Assembly (NCBI GenBank): GCA_036844545.1
Contig: DAIUFO010000001.1
Coordinates: 25,559 to 67,807, forward strand
Origin: Chloroflexota bacterium
GTDB taxonomy: Bacteria; Chloroflexota; JAJPGV01
Direction: 5' to 3'
Length of the DNA: 42,249 nucleotides
Made by a program: the position numbers and the translations under genes. The notes under the pieces are model-generated. The model did no database searches. It was not told where the DNA came from and saw nothing but the letters and a program-made list of their open reading frames with translations. Positions 35,875-42,249 of the stretch are shown here, piece by piece (position 1 is the stretch's first letter; each line of letters opens with the position of its first letter).

Positions 35875-38022
35875 ATGAGCTCAGCCCTTACCGTCGTCGG
35901 CACGTCCGGCCCGCGCGTCGACGGCCTGGCCAAAGTCACCGGCCAAGCCACCTACGGCGCCGACGTTCTCATCGACGGCATGCTGTGGTGCAAGTACGTT
36001 CGCAGCACCGTCCCGCACGCCCGTCTGGTCCGGGTAGACGCCACCAAGGCCAGGCAAATGCCGGGCGTCCACGCCGTCATCACCGCCCACGACATTCCCG
36101 ACATCCTGTGGGGTCGCATGATGATGGACATGCCGGTGCTGGCGCGCGGCAAGGTGCGCTTCATCGGCGAGCCCATCGCCGCCGTCGCGGCCGAAGACCC
36201 CGACCTGGCCGAGGCAGCGGCCCTGGCGGTCGAGGTCGAGTACGAGGAGCTGCCGGCGCTGTTCGACCCACGCGAGGCCATGAAGCCGGACGCTGTGCGC
36301 ATCCACGACGACGTTTCGAAGTACACGGGCGTGCCGGAACCGGTAGCCAGCGAGCCGAACACGATGTCGCACATCATCTGGGCCAAGGGCAACGTCAACG
36401 ACGGCTTCAAGCAGGCCGAAGTCGTCGTCGAGCACGAGTTCACCACACCGTCGGTCCACCAGGGCCACCTGGAGCCGCACGCCTGCATAGCCAACGTGAA
36501 CGAGCACGGCCAGCTGCAGGTGTGGGACGCCAACAAGATGCCCTTCCGCCAGCAGAACCAGCTGGCGCCGCTGCTGGACATGCCGGTCGAGGGCATCGAC
36601 TTCCACGCTACTGCCATTGGCGGCGACTTCGGCGGCAAGGGCTCGCTCATGAACATTGTGCCCGTCTGCTACCTGGCGCAGAAGACCGGCCGGCCGGTGA
36701 AGTACGTCATGAGCTACATCGAGGAGCTGCAGGCGGCCAACCCGCGCCACACCGGCTTCATCCGCATCAAGACCGGCCTCAAGAAGGACGGCGCCATCGT
36801 CGCCCGCCACGCCGTGGCCATTTGGGACTCCGGCGGCTACGGCGCCTTCAAGCCCACGCCGATCGTGAACCTGCACGGCGCCGACTCACTGGGCGGCAGC
36901 TACAACATCCCGCACGTGCGCATCGACAGCTACGCCGTGTACACCAACTCCGTGCCGCGCGGCCACGTCCGCGCCCCCGGCGAGCCACAGGCGCTGTTTG
37001 CCGTCGAATCGGACATGGACATGATCGCCGCCGAGATGAGCCTCGATCCGCTGGAGCTGCGGCTCAAGAACGCCCTGCACGACGGCGACATGGTTGCCGC
37101 CGGCCTGCACCCAATGGAGGATGTGCGTGAGGAGGAGGTCATCCGCGCCGCCGCCAAGCGCGCCGGCTGGGGCTCTCCCAAGCAGAAGTGGCACGGCCGC
37201 GGCATGTCGGTGGGCGACCGCCACGTGGGCAACGGCTTCGCCAACGTGCGCTTAACGCTCGATCCTGACGGGTCCGTCACCCTGCTGACGACGATGCCCG
37301 ACACGGGGACCGGCCTGCACACCGTTATGCGCCAGGTCATCGCCGAGGAGCTGGGCATCGCCCCGCTCGACGTGCGCGTCGGGACTGTCGGCACGCTGGA
37401 GAACCTCAAGGACAGCGGCGTTGGCGGCAGCCGCGCCACGCACGTGGGCGGGCAGGCGGCGCTGGGCGCGGCCAAGACGTTGAAGGAAGAGCTGCGCAGC
37501 CGCGGCCAGTCCATCGGCAACACCAGCCAGGCGATCGCCGTGCAGTTCAACTACCCTGGCGCGGAGGCGCCGGTCAGCAGCTTCACCTGCCAGATCGCCG
37601 AGGTGTCGGTCGATCCGGATACGGGCCAGGTGACGGTCGAGCGCATCGTCAGCTGCCACGACGTGGGCACCATCATCCATCCCATCCTGCACCAGGGCCA
37701 GATCGATGGCGGCGTGGCCCAAGGCTTCGGCTTCGCCGTCATGGAGGACCTCCAGATCCAGGACGGACGCGTCGGCGCGCTGCACCTGGGCGAGTACAAG
37801 CTGCCGACCATCGCCGACATGCCCGAGCTGGAAACACTGCTGGTCCACGCCGTGGAAGGGCCCGGCCCGCACCACTCCAAATCCATCGGCGAGTCCTCCA
37901 ACACGCCACTTGCCGGAGCGATCGTCAACGCCGTATACGACGCCTGTGGCGTGCGGATCACCGACCTGCCGATCACGGCCGAAAAAGTGTTCGCGGGGTT
38001 AGGCGCTCAGCGCGGCAAGTAA
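35875..38022 (+). CDS. xanthine dehydrogenase / aldehyde oxidase / CoxL family molybdopterin-binding large subunit
   Basis: 715 aa. RVDGLAKVTGQATYGAD.., GGDFGGKG, and the catalytic-Glu region (KSIGESSNTPLAGAIVNAV). The part of the track ORF upstream of 35875 is antisense to the lipoprotein gene. Confidence 0.9.
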   Translation: MSSALTVVGTSGPRVDGLAKVTGQATYGADVLIDGMLWCKYVRSTVPHARLVRVDATKARQMPGVHAVITAHDIPDILWGRMMMDMPVLARGKVRFIGEPIAAVAAEDPDLAEAAALAVEVEYEELPALFDPREAMKPDAVRIHDDVSKYTGVPEPVASEPNTMSHIIWAKGNVNDGFKQAEVVVEHEFTTPSVHQGHLEPHACIANVNEHGQLQVWDANKMPFRQQNQLAPLLDMPVEGIDFHATAIGGDFGGKGSLMNIVPVCYLAQKTGRPVKYVMSYIEELQAANPRHTGFIRIKTGLKKDGAIVARHAVAIWDSGGYGAFKPTPIVNLHGADSLGGSYNIPHVRIDSYAVYTNSVPRGHVRAPGEPQALFAVESDMDMIAAEMSLDPLELRLKNALHDGDMVAAGLHPMEDVREEEVIRAAAKRAGWGSPKQKWHGRGMSVGDRHVGNGFANVRLTLDPDGSVTLLTTMPDTGTGLHTVMRQVIAEELGIAPLDVRVGTVGTLENLKDSGVGGSRATHVGGQAALGAAKTLKEELRSRGQSIGNTSQAIAVQFNYPGAEAPVSSFTCQIAEVSVDPDTGQVTVERIVSCHDVGTIIHPILHQGQIDGGVAQGFGFAVMEDLQIQDGRVGALHLGEYKLPTIADMPELETLLVHAVEGPGPHHSKSIGESSNTPLAGAIVNAVYDACGVRITDLPITAEKVFAGLGAQRGK

Positions 38023-38288
38023 GGCAGGGAGCAGTGGTGCTCGGGCCGATGGGCGCTGCAGTTCTTCTGCCGGCAGGTGGGGCAGGACCAGCTGGCTTTG
38101 CCCCAGCAGCCCTTCTCTTGGCAGCGCTCATAGCTGGGCGCGCCAATCGCCGGCAGGCTCTTCAGGTGTCGCTCGGCCACCCAACGGGTGAGCGCCGAGC
38201 GAGTGCCGCCGCGCGTATCGCGGACAGGCTCGACCGCCTCAGGGCTCTCGATGTCCTGGCGGATTTCCTCCGGCGGATCCTGATCCAT
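38007..38288 (-). CDS. small Cys/His-rich (zinc-finger-like) hypothetical protein, 93 aa
   Basis: CQEKGCWGKASWSCPTCRQKNCSAHRPEHHC. Codon third positions are strongly GC-biased like neighbouring genes, and an SD-like GAGGGA lies upstream. It overlaps the convergent oxidoreductase gene by 16 nt. Confidence 0.5.
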   Translation of the reverse strand: MDQDPPEEIRQDIESPEAVEPVRDTRGGTRSALTRWVAERHLKSLPAIGAPSYERCQEKGCWGKASWSCPTCRQKNCSAHRPEHHCSLPYLPR

Positions 38289-38332
38289 GGCTCGTTGCGT
38301 CCCTCTCCCGCGCTAATCATAGCCAGCTTTTG

Positions 38333-38746
38333 CTAAGACGAATGACCTAAGGGCTGCACTTCAAAATGGCCGGTCATCCCACCCTCGCGGTCGCCCGGTT
38401 GGGCCGACCAGAACTCGTACGAGCCGGGCTTGGCCGGCAGCTCGACGCTGATGATCTCGACCGCCGCGGGCGGCACGTCAAGGTTGACGTTGAGGCCCGG
38501 CGAGGTGAAGTCGTGCTTCTGCTTGTCGCCTACCAGCACCAGCTTGACCAGCTGGCCAGGCTCTCCCCGCAGCTCCGCCGGCTCGAAACGGCGGCTGTCC
38601 AGGAGATGGATGAAGTGGATGGTGGCGGGCTTGGGGGCGTACACCGGCGCGGGCGTGGCCGGGACCGCCGGCGGTTTGGCACCGCAGGCAGTCAGCGCGA
38701 GGCAAGACGCAAGGGGCAAGAGGCAGGACAGCGTCGCGCGGATCAT
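38333..38746 (-). CDS. cupredoxin-fold-like lipoprotein lacking the canonical Cu ligands
   Basis: 137 aa. Lipobox LALTAC, then LVLVGDKQKHDFTSPGLNV.. and PGSYEFWSAQPGDREGGMTGHFEV, where Ser replaces the expected Cys. The ATG overlaps the MFS stop (ATGA). Confidence 0.6.
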   Translation of the reverse strand: MIRATLSCLLPLASCLALTACGAKPPAVPATPAPVYAPKPATIHFIHLLDSRRFEPAELRGEPGQLVKLVLVGDKQKHDFTSPGLNVNLDVPPAAVEIISVELPAKPGSYEFWSAQPGDREGGMTGHFEVQPLGHSS

Positions 38747-39945
38747 CGATGGCGAGGGGAGGTCTCCGGCATGATCAGCGTGAGCCACAGCTGGCCGGCG
38801 GCAATCGCCAGCATGACCAGCAAGCCATACAGATGGGAGCCCGTGGCATCCCGGAGAAAGCCGACCAGCGGCGGACCAACCACGACGCCGCCAAAGCCCA
38901 CCGTCAGCATCAGCCCGGTAAAGGCGCCCACTTCGTCGGCTCGAGCCACATCGACAGGAATCACGAAGCCGGTGGTAAACAGCACGGAAGTGGCGCTCCC
39001 GATCAGCAGCGGCCACAGCCAATAGACCCGCGGCCACAGGATCAGCCCCACAACGCCGAGGACGCTGCCCACGCCGGCGAGGATTAACGGCGGCCGGCGG
39101 CCGGCCCGGTCTGAGAGGGCGGGCCCGGCGAAGCCGAACACGATGGCCGCGGCGCTCAGCAACGCCACCGTCGAGGCCGCGGTGGCGAGCGAAAACCCGA
39201 GGCTCTGGTAGTAGCTGGTGAGCCACGAGTTGAGGATGTAGAACAGCAGGCTCTGGGTCAGAAAGATGCCGCTCGCCAGCCAGCAGATACGGCTGCGGAA
39301 GATGCGGGCAAACGGCGCCAGGCTCTCCCCGCCGCGCGATTGCCCGCTGGGCACGAACAGCCAGGCCAGCGCCGTCAGCCCTACGATGCCCGCCCAGATG
39401 ATGAACGGGCCACGCCAGGTGAGCGCGCCCGAGAACGGCACCAGCACCGGCACCGCCAGCGCGGCGGCGGTCGTCGCGCCCACCGCGAAGCCATTGGAGT
39501 AGATGCCCGTCATCACTCCGGTGTTGTGCGTGAAACGGTCCTTTATCAGCCGCGGCAGCGCCGGCTGCACCAGACCGATGCCAGCTCCGAGCAGCCCTGT
39601 GAACACGAACAGCGCCGCGCCGTTGCCAGCCAGCGCTCGCAGGCCGCCGCCCAGAGCAAGCAGCGTCAGGCTCATGAGCAGCACCGGCTTCACCCCCAGT
39701 CGCGCGATGATGAGCCCGCTCGGTATTGAGAACAGGCCCATCATCAGCGCCGGGATCGAGAAGAGGAAGCCCGCCTGCGCATAGCTCAGCCCGAGATCTG
39801 TTTGGATGAGCGGCAGCACCGGCCCAACCGAAATGGTGTTGGAACGCGACGAGAAGGCGGTCAGCCAGGCCAGCGCCAGGACGGCATAAGGGAAGCCCGC
39901 GGCCGCGGCCGGCGCTGCAGGCCGAGCCGCGGCGTTGGCGGACAC
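38743..39945 (-). CDS. MFS transporter
   Basis: About 12 TM segments. The start is uncertain. GTG 39945 is preferred because ATG 40062 and ATG 40041 would overlap the divergent gene. Confidence 0.8.
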   Translation of the reverse strand: MSANAAARPAAPAAAAGFPYAVLALAWLTAFSSRSNTISVGPVLPLIQTDLGLSYAQAGFLFSIPALMMGLFSIPSGLIIARLGVKPVLLMSLTLLALGGGLRALAGNGAALFVFTGLLGAGIGLVQPALPRLIKDRFTHNTGVMTGIYSNGFAVGATTAAALAVPVLVPFSGALTWRGPFIIWAGIVGLTALAWLFVPSGQSRGGESLAPFARIFRSRICWLASGIFLTQSLLFYILNSWLTSYYQSLGFSLATAASTVALLSAAAIVFGFAGPALSDRAGRRPPLILAGVGSVLGVVGLILWPRVYWLWPLLIGSATSVLFTTGFVIPVDVARADEVGAFTGLMLTVGFGGVVVGPPLVGFLRDATGSHLYGLLVMLAIAAGQLWLTLIMPETSPRHR

Positions 39946-40039
39946 CGCACCAACTATACGCAAGTTTTCTGGTTTCGGGTTGGGTTCACGACATCCCTGC
40001 TCAGCGCGCGCGGCACTACACTTTGCCCGTGCGCGGCGC

Positions 40040-40738
40040 ATGTATCTGAAGATCACCGCCACCGGCCCTCAAGCCGAGCAAATCGGCCAACTCATGGGCC
40101 GCTTTCCCGAGAGGCTCACCATCCGCGAGCCGCCCAACGCCCGCTTGCGGCTCATCGTCGAGGCTTCCATTCCCGGCAGCATCTCCTTCACCATGCTGGC
40201 CTACCCCGAGCCGGCGACCGGCTGGGACATCTCGCCCGACCAGCTCCACATCGGCGACTACGTCAGGTCGCGCGTGGTCGCGCTGTCACCCCTATTTCGA
40301 TCCTTCCTCGATGGCGCCTTCGGCTCCGCCCTGCTGCCGATAGCTCGGCACGAGCTGGTGCAGCGTAAGTTCGAGCTGCAGGCTGAGATCGCACCTCTGG
40401 CTGTCAATTTTCGGAACCCCCACCTGCGCAGCCTGTTCGAGCCGCTGGGCTACCGGGTTGAGCTGGAGTCGCCCGTGCTGGGCCTGCCCGCCATCCTGCT
40501 GCGCCTGCTCGGCCGGCAGTCGCTCACGGACGTCATCCGCCACCTGTTCGTGCTGATCCCCGCCCTGGACGAAGGTAAGCAAACGCCGCTCAGCGCTGAG
40601 GAGGCCAAGCGGCTGAGCACCCTCAGCCTGCCCTGGCTGATCACCCACCCCAAACGCTCCTTCATCGCCCGCGGCTACCACCTCAAGCTGGCGCAGCTCG
40701 TTGGTTCCTCTCCCACCGCGGTGGGAAAAGCTCGGTGA
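40040..40738 (+). CDS. Hen1 N-terminal (Hen1_L-like, Pnkp-ligase-activating) domain protein without the methyltransferase domain; possibly a truncated remnant
   Basis: MYLKITATGPQAEQIGQLMGRFPERL.., LFEPLGYRVELES and HLFVLIPALDEGKQ.. resemble the N-terminal half of bacterial Hen1. The ORF ends in the repeat-derived tail SSPTAVGKAR. Confidence 0.45.
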   Translation: MYLKITATGPQAEQIGQLMGRFPERLTIREPPNARLRLIVEASIPGSISFTMLAYPEPATGWDISPDQLHIGDYVRSRVVALSPLFRSFLDGAFGSALLPIARHELVQRKFELQAEIAPLAVNFRNPHLRSLFEPLGYRVELESPVLGLPAILLRLLGRQSLTDVIRHLFVLIPALDEGKQTPLSAEEAKRLSTLSLPWLITHPKRSFIARGYHLKLAQLVGSSPTAVGKAR

Positions 40739-40809
40739 CGGCGACCGTGCCCTGGGGCCGCCTACCGGCGGCGACACCCTCACCTAGCCTCTCCCGCAAG
40801 CGGGAGAGG
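40707..40809. repeat. composite palindromic element, two inverted copies (a degenerate one at 40707-40730 and 40777-40809)
   Basis: Read directly. The upstream gene's stop (TGA 40736-40738) and in-frame GTG candidates for the downstream gene (40735, 40747) lie in the spacer. Confidence 0.8.
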
Positions 40810-40812
40810 AAC

Positions 40813-42249
40813 TTGTGGGTTCCGGCCGCGGTCGCCCTGACCTTTTTCATCCTCTACTGGCGCACCCTCGCACCGGACCTGGTGGGCCACGATGCCGGCG
40901 AGCTCCAGTTCGTGCCGTACGTGTTCGGCATTCCCCACTACACCGGCTATCCGCTGTACCTGTTGCTCGGCAAAGCCTGGACCTTCCTGCCGCTGGCAAG
41001 CGTGGCCTGGCGCATGAACCTGCTGTCCGCGGTCTTCGGCGGGTTGGCGGCAGCGCTGGCGTATCTGTGCGGCGTCGAGCTGACGGCCTCCCGGGCAGCC
41101 GGCCTGCTGGCCGCCGCCGCCACCGGCTTGGCCCCGCTGGAATGGACCTGGTCGACCATCGCCGGCGTGCGCTCGCTGGCCGTGGCGTTCACAGCCGCGG
41201 CTTTGCTGGCGGCGCTGCGCTGGGAGCGCGCCGTCCAAGCCGGCGACGCCAAGCTGGCCGAACGACGTTTGCTGCTGCTGGCACTCGTCGCCGGGCTGGG
41301 CGTGGACCACCACCGCACCTTCGTGCTGCTGCTGCCCTTCCTCGCCCTGTACATCCTTCTGGTGCGCTGGCAGGTGCTTCGCCAAGGCCGCCTGCTGGCT
41401 CAAGCCGGCGGGCTGTTCCTGCTGCCGCTGCTGCTGTACGGCATCCTGCCCCTCCGAGCCGCCTTCGGAGCCCCCTGGGACCAGTGGAACACCGCCACCT
41501 GGCAGGGTTTCGTCAACGTCGCGATCGCCGGTACTGAGTCGTCGGCCCACCTCGACCTCACGGCGGCGCAGGCCATCGCCCGCATGCCCGCGCTGGTCCC
41601 GGCCCTGCTCGGCACCTTCTCACCCGTTATCCTTGTGCTGGCCGCGATCGGATTGGTTTGCCTGGGCATGCGACGATCGCCGCTGGCGCTGCTGCTGGCT
41701 GGCTATACGGCGGTGCTGGCCTGGCTCACGGTGATCTGGAACATCAGCGGCCAGCTCAACCTGGTGTACCTGATGCCGGCCTATGTGCCCATCGCGCTTA
41801 TGGCTGCCGCCGGCGCGGCGGCGCTGCTGGCTCGAGTCCGGCGCTTCAAGGCGGACCTCGCGGGCAGCGCGGCTCTCGTGGCAGCAGTGGCCGCCGGGGG
41901 CTTGTACCTCGGCCGGCCGCATTTCCAGCCTGCCCCCGAGGCGCTGGACGACTTCCGCCAGAACCTGTTCCAGGGCCACCAGGCCCGCCGCCTGGCCAAT
42001 GGCCTGGCCGCGCTGCCGCCGAATGCGACCGTCGTGGCCGATTGGGACCAGGCCACCCCCCTGTGGTACGCCCAGCTCGTGGACGGCATCAACCGCGGCG
42101 CCGGCATTTCCTACCCTGCCAGCACGTTGCCAAACGTGCTGGCCCGCGGCCAAGGGCCGGTATTCCTGGCCACCGCCACCTTTCGGCCGGCGACCACCAC
42201 CGTCAGCGCCGTCGGGCCATTCGTGGAAGTCCTTCGCCAGCCGCTCACC
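40813..42249 (+). CDS. DUF2723 / GT-C type membrane glycosyltransferase-like protein, 3'-truncated by the window edge
   Basis: Hand-translated frame, absent from the track because it stays open to the window end: WVPAAVALTFFILYWRTLAPDLVGHDAGELQFVPYVFGIPHYTGYPLYLLLGKAW.. The start could be TTG 40813, GTG 40747 or GTG 40735. Confidence 0.8.
   Translation, partial: MWVPAAVALTFFILYWRTLAPDLVGHDAGELQFVPYVFGIPHYTGYPLYLLLGKAWTFLPLASVAWRMNLLSAVFGGLAAALAYLCGVELTASRAAGLLAAAATGLAPLEWTWSTIAGVRSLAVAFTAAALLAALRWERAVQAGDAKLAERRLLLLALVAGLGVDHHRTFVLLLPFLALYILLVRWQVLRQGRLLAQAGGLFLLPLLLYGILPLRAAFGAPWDQWNTATWQGFVNVAIAGTESSAHLDLTAAQAIARMPALVPALLGTFSPVILVLAAIGLVCLGMRRSPLALLLAGYTAVLAWLTVIWNISGQLNLVYLMPAYVPIALMAAAGAAALLARVRRFKADLAGSAALVAAVAAGGLYLGRPHFQPAPEALDDFRQNLFQGHQARRLANGLAALPPNATVVADWDQATPLWYAQLVDGINRGAGISYPASTLPNVLARGQGPVFLATATFRPATTTVSAVGPFVEVLRQPLT

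Noticed and set aside
38747-39226. Upstream 160 aa of track ORF 38333..39226
   Set aside because: It overlaps the MFS transporter gene in another frame and is Arg-rich. The lipoprotein signal peptide starts at ATG 38746.
40780-41550. Track ORFs 40780..41550(-), 40815..41537(+) and 40947..41354(-)
   Set aside because: All are off-frame relative to the open-ended DUF2723-like frame, which has clear TM segments and the GELQF..GIPHYTGYPLY motif. Their compositions are Arg/Gln/Gly-rich artefacts.

Overview
GC-rich, densely coding bacterial chromosomal segment of 42.2 kb. I saw no rRNA, tRNA, CRISPR array, transposase or phage genes. Most of it is housekeeping: recA, rpoN-gmk, a transaldolase, nth, clpB, the conserved thiL-tsaE-tsaB-rimI-tsaD cluster, and fabF-rnc. 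The rest includes MFS transporters, three glycosyltransferase-type membrane or GT2 proteins, a DUF1800/DUF1501 pair, and a molybdopterin oxidoreductase large subunit. The repeat types and gene content resemble Chloroflexota-like genomes, but that is inference only.

Five things stand out.
1. A tightly packed minus-strand operon (22069 to 16056) places a GrdE-like pyruvoyl proprotein and a GrdB-like protein between two ABC permeases and a family-5 peptide/nickel-type binding protein. The GrdB-like ORF is cut by an in-frame TGA at 17867-17869. Read as selenocysteine, it restores a full-length 434-aa GrdB-type selenoprotein. No grdA, grdC, grdD, thioredoxin system, sel genes or ABC ATPase genes are in the window.
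2. At least 10 copies of a GC-rich palindromic repeat (CCCTCTCCCGC..GCGGGAGAGGG plus a CTAGGGTGAGGG flank) are scattered across the window. Most are translated. They supply C-terminal tails and stop codons (clpB, thiL, the GT2 gene, the Hen1_L-like gene), N-termini (tsaE, an ABC permease) or in-frame internal insertions (tsaB, tsaD).
3. A small type II restriction-modification island (BglII-like endonuclease plus MT-A70 methyltransferase plus a coupled small acidic ORF) lies between rnc and a HAD hydrolase gene.
4. A Hen1 N-terminal-domain-only ORF is truncated at a repeat copy.
5. An orphan NuoK/NuoN-like membrane pair appears to have lost its channel lysines.

Several regulatory candidates are also listed: a recA operator palindrome, a duplicated clpB promoter, and two sigma-54-type -24/-12 boxes. 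Many ORFs in the supplied track are off-frame or antisense artefacts of the high GC content and were not annotated.
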